Part shown: positions 24,924 to 37,140 of the stretch, one piece after another
Numbering within the stretch: position 1 is the stretch's first letter
Layout: the number at the start of each line of letters is the position of its first letter
Assembly (NCBI GenBank): GCA_028534125.1
Contig: CM052816.1
Location: 8,558,001-8,622,000, forward strand
Source: Lama glama
Lineage: Eukaryota
Length of the DNA: 64,000 nt
Reading direction: 5' to 3'
Translations under genes and position numbers: made by a program
Notes under the pieces: generated by a model
Database searches by the model: none
What the model was told of the DNA's origin: nothing
The model's input: only the letters and a program-made list of their open reading frames with translations

Positions 24924-25849
24924 AATAATTTTTTGAGATCCATCATGCTTCACACTATACACAGCTCTCCTTCAGTACCCCTCCTCTGCCAAGGATCTGC
25001 AAAACCAGAAAAAACTAGAACCACAGCCTGTCAGAGCCAAAAGGGCCTCAGAGACCCCTAAGTCAAACATCTCACTGTACAGACGGGGGAAGGTTCAACA
25101 GTGAGACAGGGCAGCGCTGGACCAGAACCCATACATCCTCCTCCTCCTGCTTTTGGAATCGGCCTACCCAACATTAGGTAATGTTTGACTTGAAATCCTG
25201 CACCCAATTCAAGGCCAGGTGAGCCACCCCCGGTCTTGCTGAGGACTGCTGAGAGGTCAGGATGGGAGTCTGAATTTGATAGACCTGGGGCCACACCTGG
25301 CTCCCACTGCTCTCCCCGCAGGGCCCACCCCTGTGTTAGAACCCGTGCCAGGGCTTCGCCTCCCCAGGGGTGTGGGCTGACCACGCCCCAACCCCATCTG
25401 GCACTGTGTCCCCACTCCCCATTCTCAAACTCTACAGCAGACCAGGCTTTCCACCTGCAGGCCCGGAAATCCCTCGCAGGCTCCTCTCCGTCCAACCCAC
25501 TCGGGATGAAGGCCCTTTTCACCTAGATTTCCTTTCAGCTTTGAGGACAGGGAAATGGTCACTCACTTGCTGCCAGCCAGAGGGTGTTAGGAAACGCCAC
25601 ATGAAACAGGAGAGCTCCCGAGTGGAGGGGCTGGGAGCAGCCTCCATCTCCTCCTTTATCAAACATCACAGAGCCCTAGCCAGCCCTGGGGCCAAGATAC
25701 CAGGACACGGCACCATGGGGCTCAGTATGTGCCCTGGCTCACTACCTCTGGTACCCATCTCATGTCTGTCTCCTCTGCATGCCTGTGATCCCATCACCCC
25801 ACCCTCCTCTCAGGATCCCTCCAGGCTTTCAAATGCTCTTTCTTGCCTG

Positions 25850-26080
25850 GAGGTCTCAAAAGTCAGTCCTGGAATAAGCCTTCCCTGATGCCCATCCTTC
25901 ACACCATTATTTCCTCCTTTTGCACCCATCACCTTCCCACAGCTTGTGGCCATTATATCTCCTGATTTGTTTCCTTGTTTCTGTGTTTCTAGAGAGCTCC
26001 ACTGATGTAGTGGGCTATCAGTATTTACATCATTGTATCCTCAGTGTGCGGTATACAGTAGATGCTCAATAAAAACCTAA
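25850..26080 (+). mobile_element. L2 LINE 3' fragment
   Basis: 'aagccttccctga...tgtatcctcagtgtgcggtatacagtagatgctcaataaa'. Confidence 0.7.
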
Positions 26081-26265
26081 AGGCATAAATGCTGCGTGGT
26101 GCCTGAGGTGGTCCAGCAACACTTTGGGGGAGGAGGTATCAAAACTTGACTTTAAGGGCAGAAGAGACAGGCCCTCCCTCAGGCCCAGGAGTGCCTGTTG
26201 TTTTCCAGTTACTGAGCACCTGTGATACGCCAGGTACTTTCATGCAACCCACAGAATTCTAAAAG

Positions 26266-26765
26266 NNNNNNNNNNNNNNNNNNNNNNNNNNNNNNNNNNN
26301 NNNNNNNNNNNNNNNNNNNNNNNNNNNNNNNNNNNNNNNNNNNNNNNNNNNNNNNNNNNNNNNNNNNNNNNNNNNNNNNNNNNNNNNNNNNNNNNNNNNN
26401 NNNNNNNNNNNNNNNNNNNNNNNNNNNNNNNNNNNNNNNNNNNNNNNNNNNNNNNNNNNNNNNNNNNNNNNNNNNNNNNNNNNNNNNNNNNNNNNNNNNN
26501 NNNNNNNNNNNNNNNNNNNNNNNNNNNNNNNNNNNNNNNNNNNNNNNNNNNNNNNNNNNNNNNNNNNNNNNNNNNNNNNNNNNNNNNNNNNNNNNNNNNN
26601 NNNNNNNNNNNNNNNNNNNNNNNNNNNNNNNNNNNNNNNNNNNNNNNNNNNNNNNNNNNNNNNNNNNNNNNNNNNNNNNNNNNNNNNNNNNNNNNNNNNN
26701 NNNNNNNNNNNNNNNNNNNNNNNNNNNNNNNNNNNNNNNNNNNNNNNNNNNNNNNNNNNNNNNNN
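26266..26765. other. Assembly gap, exactly 500 N
   Basis: N run counted directly. Confidence 0.99.
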
Positions 26766-28137
26766 AGACAAAATTCAGGACTCTTCTGTGGGCCATGCTC
26801 AGATTTGGAGCCTGGCAGGGATCAGATGGTGACGGCCCCTCGCCTGGACCTCATCTAGCAGCTAACAGACATCTGGGGAAGGCCCTTCTGACAAAGGGCT
26901 GGTGTGGGCCCTTCGATCCAAGATGTTCAAAAACTGGGTCTTATTGGGAGTGATTTCTAAGACACCTGCTCCCTAAAAGACTGGTCTATGAATAAAACCC
27001 TTGTCAAACGCAGACAGTGGGCACGGGTCATCTTCCCTGTGAGATGTTTCTAGAACCTCTGGATTATCTCTTTCCATGGAATTCTGGAAACCTAGGGATG
27101 GCTCTGAGATCACGCAGTCCGTCACTCTTCCCTTTTTACTAACAAGGAAACTGAGGCCATGACTGCTAGCTCTTGCATGAGGTCACCCGGCCACAGCCAG
27201 GCAGTTACAGCTCCTGGATGTCTGGCCTGGGGTGTTGTGGCGGAAACCTGGGAGGAAAGGGGTGGGAAGGGCCATGAAGGGGACTTGCAGGAGGAGTGAG
27301 CTTCCCTCTGTGAGGTCCCACAAAGCCAAGCCAGGGCCAAGGGTGGGAGCTGAGCCTGCAGCTCATTCATCCTAAGGAAGCGCTTATGACAGTCAGTGCT
27401 GCCCAAAGATGGTCACAGGCAGGCTTGTGAGGCGGTGAGGGCTCTGTGACCGGGCCTGTGCAAACAGGGGCCACCTGGTGGGACGGCCAGGGACGCGAGC
27501 ACTAGATGGTGGGCGGTCTCGATGAGAGAGCCTTGCAATCCTCTTGCCCTGGACAGCCTGAGAGCTCTGCTCCGAGCCTCTTCTCGCTGCCTCTGGGGTC
27601 TCTCTGGCCACTGGAGACCTAGGCAGAGTCAGGAAGCCTCACAGACCTCTTCCCTTCCTGCCAAAGCAAGGCTGGAGCTAAGAGACAGACTAAAGTCTTC
27701 TTGCCGGGAACGTGGCCTCCTCCCCACTCTTGGCTCTGTGGCTGCCTCCCTCGTGCCACATCCTACCGGCACAGGCATCTGTGGAGACAAGGGTGATGCC
27801 ATCCATGCATGTGAGCAGCCAGACCCTGAGTGTGTGTGAGTGTGTGTGCACACGTGCGTGTTTAAAGAAGAGAGTTTTAAGCCCCTACTTCCAAGTGCTC
27901 CCCTCTTGGGGAGCTAGAGCTCTGGGTGGAGGATGGGGCAGTGCGGCCCTCCCTTGTGGGGAGAGAGGACCAAAGAAGGCAAGAAGTTAGGATGCAGGGG
28001 GAGGGGGCAGGCCACAGGCAGTTTCCCGAGGAGATCCAGGCTGTAAAAGGAGTGAACAGGCCTCCGTGATCCATGAGGGACGAGGCAGACACTTAACTCT
28101 TCCCTCCCAGCGTGGGAGGGTAGCGTGGGAGGGGAGT

Positions 28138-28147
28138 GGAATTTCCC
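28138..28147 (-). promoter_or_regulatory. Consensus NF-kB site GGGAAATTCC
   Basis: The plus strand reads ggaatttccc. Motif match only. Confidence 0.3.
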
Positions 28148-29573
28148 AACACATTCCTGGGCTCCAAGCCCAGCGAGCCCCCTCCCACTCCTGGCCATCA
28201 GTGCGGCTCCGGCCTCTCACTACCAAGCAAGGGCTGGCAGCGGCCCAGGAGTGGGGGGCTTTTGGAAGGAGACAGAAGGGTTTGGGGGCAAAGGAAACAG
28301 GCTCTGGAGAAAAAGAACGGCCTCGGATCCTGGCGGTGCCAACCTGGGAGGTCTGGGCATGCACTTCCCTTAGAAGTTGCCACATCTGTAAAGTGGGCAG
28401 ACGGTGTGTGTGTATGAAGAGACAACTGAGAAAATTACTCTAAGGCCCTGGCACATACTTGCTCAATTAATAGTAGATGAAACAAACCACAAAACTGCCC
28501 CGGCAATAATGACAACAATGAGAATGCATTCAGACCGAGTTCCAGCCTGGCTTTGCTGCTTAATTAAGATGTGTTTTGTCACCTTTCCTGAGACTTAGGT
28601 CCTGCGTCTACAAAATGGAAATAACAGCAAACTAAAAAGTGCAATCCACCGGGAAATGGTCGTCCCTGCCGTGGAGGAGCTGGGCGGAGCGGGGGTTAAG
28701 ACTCAGGACCAGGAACTAGGCGGGAGCGTGAGAGCGCGAGCACGGGGTGCGTGCGGAGCACAAGCAGCCTGGAGAGCCTCGCCCTGTCCTTTGCCAAAGG
28801 GAAAAGGTTACTGGGCTATTTCCATCCTCCACTGAGAACCACACACAGTCCTGTTCAAACCTGTCTGAAGCCCCAGAGCTAGCAAGTGGCCAAGCCGGGA
28901 TATGAACTCAGGTCTAATTGCTGAGGCCACAGCCCCTCTGTTTCTCCACAGCGCTGGCCTCCCGGGGCGGGCGGTGGGGGGTGTCGTTCCCAGGGCACTG
29001 GATGCACGCGCTGCAGCTGCTACCAGCGGCCTGCCTGAGTCTCCCCCAGCCACTTCACACATGATCGCAAGACCCCTTGGCCTAAGGGCACCAACCACGC
29101 GTGGCGCCACTGCCAGGGGCATTTGGGACTTTCAGGCTGGCACAGAGATTTGACGCAGGGGCCTGGGAAGCTCTGTGTCCTGCACAATGAAAGCTGACCG
29201 GCCTAAAAAGGTTTTGGTACCCCTCCTGGGAAACACCGAAATAGGCAAACTTTTCACAGCACAGATGGGGAAACATGGCCCACAGAGGGCAAGGACCAGC
29301 ACAGCCACACCATAAGCTGGCAGTGGAAATGAGGCTGTAGTTCAGCTCTCTCTATTCCCAGGTCTTTCATCACCTTCATCAACTACACTCTGCTGTCTCT
29401 TCTAGGATCATCCGTTAGAGTTTGAACAGAGTGCAGAAGGAGCCCAAAGGACGTATCCTTGAGTGAGGAAGTGAGTAACAGTGATGGAGGAAAAGCGGTG
29501 GGGTCCTTGCTTGGCAGGGAAGAACGGAGGTGGTGGGAAGAGGCCAGGGAAGTCAATGCTCTTGGGATGCGAG

Positions 29574-29587
29574 CCACTAGGGGGCAA
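29574..29587 (+). promoter_or_regulatory. Candidate CTCF site
   Basis: CCACTAGGGGGCAA matches the CCASYAGRKGGCRS consensus at 13/14. Confidence 0.5.
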
Positions 29588-30724
29588 TGTTGGCCTCAGA
29601 CAGCTCGGTTGTGCGTGAAGCGTGTCAAGGAGGAGGCCAGGGAGGGGAAGTTAGGGAGGGCTCTATTAGCTGATTTCTATCTCACTTGCTTTACTCTCTT
29701 TACAGATTGTCCAGTGCACTAATGCCACCACTCCTTTCAGTGCTCCCTGTGGAGAGAGGTACAGGGGGAAAGGGGAAATGGAAAAAGGAGGTCCAGAGAC
29801 AGGCACAGATCAGAAAAGCCACAGAGATCCAGAGCCCGGAGGACTCCCTAGCTCCCATCCAAGGACAGAGGAAGAGGAGTGGGTACCACTAGTGAAGCCT
29901 TCAAGGCAAGACATGCCCAGCTGCAGACTCAGCACCCCTTTCAGGATCTCTTAGAGAATGTTTATCTCGTAAGTGCCAGCTCCAATTGATTGGAAGGACT
30001 GCCTGAAGCACCGTTCAGCAAAGGTTTCTGAGGCCTTTCCAAGTTCACGGGGAAAAGTGTGGTGATTGATTGGTTCTGTCCACCATGGATGCTGAAAGGG
30101 GAGTTTCAGCTCCTGTGCTGTCTCAGTCGGGACCTTTTTTCCTTCCAGGAAGCCCCATTTTACTGCATCCTCTTAGCAACCTGGGCAGTGGGCAGGGCAA
30201 AAATGACCAGCCCCTCTGAAGGGAAGGAAACTGAAGGCCCAAAGGACCAGGGAAACTGAGTGATGCAGTAAGTCTGTGATGATCATGCAGAGGAGAAACC
30301 GGGCAGGGTTCATCTCCCCTCCAATTACTGCTGTGGCCCCTGCCTTCTGGGGACCCATAGAGGTGCATTCTCTGCTGCCTCTGCCCCTGTGGGACTGTAG
30401 TTACGGCTTCTGTTGTGAAACCAGGAAAAGGGGTGAGAGTTCAGCCACGTGAGGCTGCCTTACCCAACCTCGACACACCCCGCACACACCCCTCCGCTGC
30501 CCAGGAACACACCCCACCAAAGGAGGAAGAGGGAGGCCAGTCCAGGCGAAGCAGCATAACCAGTTCCATCCGTCTGTGCCTACCCTGCCGCTGCGGGCAC
30601 CCGTTGCAGCTCCCGGCTCTGACTGCAGGGACATGTCGCTCAGCTGCGTCATGGTCCCGAGTCTCAGGTGAGCCCACCTAGACCCCGAAAAATGCTGAGG
30701 TGGCATAACCACCCCCAAAGGCAT

Positions 30725-30865
30725 GGGTAGTGAGAGGAGCACTGCACTTGGAGTCCAGACTCTCAGATTGAGGCTTCAGCTCTGCCACTCACCCACTCCG
30801 GGGCCTTGGCCAAGTCCCCACCCCACACTGGGCCTCAGTTTCTTCTCTGTTTGATGAGGATTCAT
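30725..30865 (+). mobile_element. MIR SINE
   Basis: 'ttggagtccagac...cagctctgccactcacc...ccttggccaagtc...ctgggcctcagtttc'. Confidence 0.75.
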
Positions 30866-33800
30866 GGCCTCCAAATGCCAGTCTGTGGACTAAAGGCATC
30901 AGAGCCACCCAAGCAAGGGGCCAAATCCCAACGCCAGATGCAAGCAAATGCCTGGACATGGGGCCTGGAACCTACACTATGAACCAGTTTCCCACAGGAC
31001 TCTGAGATCTTGAGACAGAACCCAATCCCTGGGCAAAGGGCCCTCAGCTGCCAAGCCAGCAGCCTCGTCTCCATGACTCCCTTGAGCAGGTCCTAAACAG
31101 TCTCAGTCATTTCCTGAGCAGGCCAACAGGCATAGCTACAGAGGGGAGTATGCAAGACCAGTGCGGGGCAGAGGTGGAAGGGGAGAGGCTCAGACCCAGC
31201 CCAGCAGCCAGATCACAATGGACCCAGCCATGCACATCCCTAGACACCTGGCACTCCGAAAAAAGCCTGGCATATAAAGGGTGTGGCCTGTATGCTGAAT
31301 GAATGAACAAATGTCAAAGCTGGGAGTCTTAGGGAACATCCCAACCCGCTCTCAACGTTCAAATGTGATAACTGGGTCAGGCAGGTCATCGTAGGACCAG
31401 CCCCCGAAGGATGACAGCAGCAACAAATCTATGGCGTGCTTACTCAGTGCCAGGCCCACAGCTCAGTGCGTTACCCATATCAGTCCATGTAAACTTCACA
31501 ACCCCCAAGGCTATGTGATACAGTGAGTCCTATTTTGTAAGTGAGGGAAGGGGAGCTCAGTGTACATAGTCAGCAGCAGCACTAGGGCTCTGTCACCAGA
31601 GGGGTGCAGGGGGCTCCTGCAAGCTCCATGCTTCACGGATGCAGACTTCCCGTTGGGGCTGAGATGCTGGTAACATGCTGAGAGCGGGACCCAGGGCAAG
31701 TTCCCCGTCTGCTCTCCTAACTGATGCTAAAATGGCCGGAGGCACACCTGCAGATGCCTCCTTTCTGACTGACAGGGTGTGCAGGCTGCCAGCGGGACCC
31801 ATGGAGGGCTGGATGGGACCCTGGGGACAGAACAGCAACAGCCTGGAGAAACACCCAGCAGGGTGCCTGGCACGATGGGACCCATCCAGTCACCCGGGCC
31901 TAGAGTCACCATCAAGCTGGGCAACGTTTAAATTCAAGCTCAGCTCCCTCCCCAAAAAAAGGCCTGTCTCCTCACCCGACCTGCGTCCACCTCACTCCAG
32001 TCTCCAGCTTACGGCCACCCGCCAGCCCCACCACGGCTGTTGGGCCTCCCGCCACCATATCAGTTAGCTTCGTAACACTCTCACAACATGTAATTACACA
32101 TTTGTGTGGATACTTGATTATTGTCTGTCTTCCCTCAACCCCCACCCTTTCCATGAAGGCAGGGACACTGTTTTGTTAGCTTGCCCAGTGCTAGCAAATG
32201 GTGGCACTCAAATACAAGAAAAAAGTAAATCCAGTGCGGAGGCAAGAAGCAAAGCTGAGAGTGAGTGATCCCAACAGCAAGGGCTGACAGAACCCCAGAG
32301 GGGCAGAAATCAGCCAAGGTTGGGGCAGGTGGGGGAGAGGCAGTCAGTCAGGGAAGGCTTCCTGGAAGAGGAGTTAAGCTTTGAAGGGTGAGTAAGAGTT
32401 AGGCTGTCATTTCAAGAGAGTGGACCCTCACAGGGCAGAGGTGGGGCTGCCCTTCATGGGAGGGGTCCAGGAGTGGGTCAGACTGGAGGAGAGCAGCCAG
32501 TCAGGGCCAGGCTGAGACCCAGCCTCTGAGAGTACAGGCTGTCTCACCCTACCCTGCCCACCAGACAGAGAAGGAGCCAGAGGTGTCTTCCCTCCTGTGG
32601 GCAGCAATGGCTGAGAAAGGTCACCTGCCAAGTTCATTCATGCACCAGCCCCCACAAAACACTCAGCATCTCTGCCCACAGGATTCGAGGGCACGCAGGG
32701 CTCCTCAGTGGGCTTGGGGTGGCGGGCACTGCTGTGTTGCATCTGGAGGCTGCTTTAATTAACAAAAGGCGTGGAGGTCTGCACAAGCTACCACCACAGC
32801 ACTCCCTGTCCCCCAACCACCATCACAGCCTGTGTAGTACCCACAAACACCAAGCAGGTACAGAGGGGAAACGTCAGCCCAGCCGGCTCTGCAGCCAATA
32901 ACATCAAGCCGCATCCGGGAGAAAACACCACCATAGTCGGGCTGAAACCTTAAATACAGGTCCGTCAGGCGACGTCACCATACTAAATCACCACCCCCGG
33001 TCACAAGCACTGGTGCACCCAACCCGACCGCAACACCACCACTTTCGTCACTCAGGAGTAACAGAAAACACAGGGCATGCTACAGCAGTACCACGAAGCC
33101 CCACAGCCGAATCCATTACACCAAACGTCATAACGACGCATCATTAGCATGAACCCAATATCCCATGAGAGCCAGCAGGACACAAACACCATCACACCCT
33201 AACCCATCAGTGATAGGTCACAACACTGTCCCCATGGGACACACTCACAGCAACACATCACCATCGCCAGCACAGTAAGCTCACAGTAAAGGCCTTCACT
33301 GCCAGAGCTACTAAAACACACTCAGACCTGACATCCAGCGTTGCCCTTGTGCCTGCTTATCCAAGGGTCCGGGGCAACCTCGATCCAGAGCAGATGGGAG
33401 CAGACCCTCGGAGGGCTGTGAGTGGGGACATGGTCCACCCGATCTGGTTCTCGACTCCACCAGTGCCTACCCCACACCATATGATGTCCACCCTGAGCAC
33501 AGACCCCAGCCACAGCAGACCAGGAGCCGCACACAGTGGTTTCCCATCCCCTTTGGGAACTGCCTTCTCCACCCCACCCCACCCACCCCAATGTTCTCAG
33601 TCACACTCTCCATACACACGCTCCCATCAGTCACCCTGAATGCTCACAGAGCAGGTTCTAGGAGACCAGAAGGGTTGCAGTTTTTAAAAGCTCCCAGGGG
33701 CTCTGACACTGAATCTAACCCCTGAGAATCCCTGCAGTAGAGCCCGACACCAGGGATTCAGGGAGAGAAATGCTTCAACCCTCCATGGCTTTGGGGCGAT

Positions 33801-34044
33801 ATTCCGCCCTCACTGACCTTGGTATGGCTGCGGAAGAGGAGGCCTGAGGTCCGCTCCCTGAGGCAGCACCAATCCCCGAGAGGGAGACCTTGGGGTGACC
33901 TCATTCTGCAGATGGGGACAGCCACCCTGTCTTGCCAACCCCCGGTGGTCCCTGCTGGGCAGACCTCAGTACCCCCGGCAGGGCCAAGCCTCCTGCAAAA
34001 AAGCTGGCAGGACACTGGTTATGGCCCTGGGGGCCTTAGGGCTA

Positions 34045-34398
34045 TATTACTAGAATGCATTATAAAATGTCACAGAATGGGGTGGCTCGAACAACAGAAT
34101 TTATTTTCTCACGGTTCTGGAGGCTCCAAGTCCAAGATCAAGGTGCCAGCAGGGCTGGCTTCTGGTGAGACCTCTCTTCTTGGCTCACAGGCGGTCTTTT
34201 CTCTAAGTGTGGAGAGAGACCTCTGGTGCCTCTTCATCTTCTTATCAGGACTCCAGTCCCATCCGATGAGGGCCTAGCTTTATGACTTCATTTAACCTTA
34301 ATTACCTCCTTACAGGCCCCCACCTCCAAATACAGTCACACTGGGGTTTGGGGCTTCAGCATACGGATTTGGGGACGGATGCAATTCAGTCCGTAACA
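34045..34398 (-). mobile_element. MLT1A-like ERVL-MaLR solo LTR
   Basis: 'aacaacagaatttattttctcacggttctggaggctccaagtccaagatcaaggtgccagcagg...acctccaaatacagtcacactgggg...attcagtccgtaaca'. Confidence 0.9.
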
Positions 34399-34555
34399 GG
34401 GGGAAAGGCATGGTACAGTGCCCATAGATTTGGAAGCCTGCCAGGCCTGGGTTACAAAACTTGACTTCTCCGAGCCTGTTTCCCCTCTGTAAATCTGGGA
34501 TGATAGCACCTAATTCGTGGTGTTATTTAAGGATTAAAATGAGAACATAAAGCAA

Positions 34556-34719
34556 ATGAAAGCTGGAGTCACTTGGAGAGATCGTTCACGGGCATGACAT
34601 TGGTAAAGTGAAATCGGCCGTGGGTGGGAAATTTACATCATGGAAATGGGCAAACCTAAAAAATTAGGGATCCCCTCCCACCCCAGAGCCTGAGTTACAC
34701 ACTTACCAGGACACCACTG
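34556..34719. mobile_element. MER63-like hAT-Blackjack MITE, next to a MIR at ~34400-34555
   Basis: 'ttggtaaagtgaaatcggccgtgggtgggaaatttacatcatggaaatgggcaaac...acacttaccaggacaccactg'. Confidence 0.7.
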
Positions 34720-36053
34720 AATGTAAGGAAGAGGAAGTACAGCAGTTTCTACTCAGAGCTGCCAGGCAGGCAAACAGAAGAAGGAAAAAGGAATGCCACT
34801 TGCTGCGTCTTTCTACGCAAAACTAGCAGAGGGAAAGAAACCACCTCTCCTGCTACGATCTACGTGGCGCACAGCGCCGCATGATAGGGGGTCCCTGGTA
34901 CTCTATGCTTTTGACTGGATTCATCTCCACCCCCCAAATCTGACCTCATAGATCCAAGACCACACGCTGCCAGCTCCCACCTCCGTACCTTTGCCCACAT
35001 GCCCGTCTAGAGTGTCCCCAAGCGTCCCCAGTAGCCCTTCAGATCTACAGTCAGGGCTCCTGCTCTGCGCTGTGCTTCTTAGAGGGCATGGTGCCGGCCC
35101 TCCTCCAGCAGCCCCCCTCCCCCATTTATGAGCTGCCTAAATGGCCCTGAGCCCACGTCCAGGGCCCAGGCAGGCCTCTCTGCTGGATCCTTCATCCAGA
35201 GGATGACCACATGCCATGTAGACACTCCGAGGCCCAAAGGGTGACTCAGCATGATCATCTGCAAGGGAGACGGCGGGTGGAGTTTAGACCTGGTGCCAGG
35301 GCATCCACGCGTGTGCGCAGCCCCCAGGATGCAGGCTGAGACCTCCATTTGTACTTCACCTCAGCAAACCAGTCATCTAATTTCTTTAAGGTTCTAGAAT
35401 ATAAAATTTCTTGCTTGATGACGATGGTCCGTCAAAGCCAGGGTCCTCATCTCTTCCACAAACTATAAAGCATAGCCAGCCCTGCCCTGATAACAATTTG
35501 GTAACACACATAATTACCTAAGTCCTTATGACTGCTTCAGTATCCCTCAAAGTATCTCACGCTGTTCCAGTAAATCTTTGTATTTCCATAACAGTCTCTG
35601 ATTTTTAAGTCCTAACACACCCTTGGGGGGAAAGGAAGGTACTACTATTTTCACTTAACAGATGAAGAATCCGAGCCTTCAAGGTATTAAGTAACTTGTC
35701 CAATGTCACACAGCTAAAAACTGCCTTGAGGTAAAACATCTTGACTTTACCTGGGCACCTACGTCTTCCTCTAACTGGATGATCAACTTCTCTGAGGGCA
35801 GAGATATCTCATATTGCTTTGGACCTTGAAGGGCTACCAGACAATAGAAATCTGGTTTCTGGAAAGGTAAAAGTTAGGTCTCTCTCTTTTTTTTTTAACT
35901 TGACTCATAAGAAATGAACAGAATTTGACAGCTGGAGAAGGACTGCAGCATTTCTCCCCATTACGAATCAGACCCAACAAGAAGGCAGGGGGTTCCTGCA
36001 ACCCTGCAGTGCAGCAGAGGGGGACGGCTGAGCTGTCACAGAGCTGAGGGGGC

Positions 36054-36514
36054 TCTGGAGATGGAGTAATGTCTCCCTAAGACGTCCAAGTCCAAATCCC
36101 CCGAACCTGTGACTATGTTATCTTACAGGGATTTTGCAGAGGTGATTAAAACTTAAGGATCTCAAGATGGGGAGATTATCCTGGATGATCTGGGTAGGTT
36201 CCATGTAATTGCAAGGGTTTTTCTAAGAGGGAGGCAGGAGAGTCAGATCAAAAAAGATGTGATGATAGAAGCAGAGGTCAGAGCAATGTGACTGCCAGCC
36301 AAGGAATGTGAGAAGCCTCTAGAAATTGGAAAAGGCAAGAAAACAGATACTGACCTAGATCCTCTGGGAAGGAATGCAGCCCCACCATTGATGTAATCAC
36401 AGTGAGACCCATTTTGGACTTCTGACCTCCGGAACTGTCAGATAGTAAATCTGTGCTGTTGTAAGCCACAGAGTTTGTGTTCATTTGTTACAGCAGCAAC
36501 AGGAAGCTCATACA
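36054..36514 (+). mobile_element. MLT1D-like ERVL-MaLR solo LTR
   Basis: 'gggattttgcagaggtgattaa...gatggggagattatcctggat...ttttggacttctgacctccggaactgt...tttgttacagcagcaacaggaagctcataca'. Confidence 0.9.
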
Positions 36515-36734
36515 ACCTTACTTAGCTCAATGTATAAGTGAAGAAATGGAAGCCCGGAAGAAGGGAGTGGCCAGCGGTCCCTCAACTGTGGGGACAGACC
36601 CAAGGACAGGCAGTGCTCATTCCCCCACCCTCGATGGGCTTCTGGTCCCAGTGAGAACCACCTCCCCTGCAGTTTATCATTTAGCCATCTTGATTATCAC
36701 ATGTCAGGAAGAATCATAAGATGTTTTGGAGAAT

Positions 36735-36887
36735 GGGGAGGGTATGGCTCAAGTAATAAAGTGCATGCTTAGCATGCACAAGGTCTTGGGCTCAATTCCC
36801 AGTACCTCCTCTAAATGTAAGTAAATAAATAAACCTAATTACCTCCCGCCCAAAAAAATAAATAAAAAATTTTTAAAGAGTTTAAAA
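36735..36887 (+). mobile_element. tRNA-derived camelid SINE (Vic-1-like), long form
   Basis: 'ggggagggtatggctcaagtaataaagtgcatgcttagcatgcacaaggtcttgggctcaattcccagtacctcc' followed by a 3' extension and A-rich tail. Degenerate TSD at 36718-36733 vs 36888-36903. Confidence 0.85.
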
Positions 36888-36944
36888 AAAATGTCATGGA
36901 GAAGAATATAGACAAATGCAAGAAAGTTCCAGGGGAGCAGAGTT

Positions 36945-37140
36945 TATCTCAACGAAAGGAACTGTCAGATGTCCAAAGGGAACAGGATACCCACAGTGGG
37001 AATGAATGTTCTGTCCATGGAGGTGACAGCTGAGTGGGCACAGCATTTTCCAGGGATGCTAAGGGGAGCTTTCTTACTTTGAAAAGTTAGACCAAAAGAT
37101 ATCCATGAATTCCTGATTTGAGAGGGTTCTAGATTTCTAG
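36945..37140 (+). mobile_element. L3/CR1 or MIR3-like ancient fragment
   Basis: 'gttctgtccatggaggtg...cagggatgc...gttagaccaaaagatatcc...ttctagatttc' resembles the CR1/L3 3' end. Confidence 0.4.

Noticed and set aside
30505..30668. Possible plus-strand exon ending at CAG/GTGAGC
   Set aside because: A splice-like motif alone is weak evidence. The peptide is unrecognisable and the strand is opposite to the inferred host gene.
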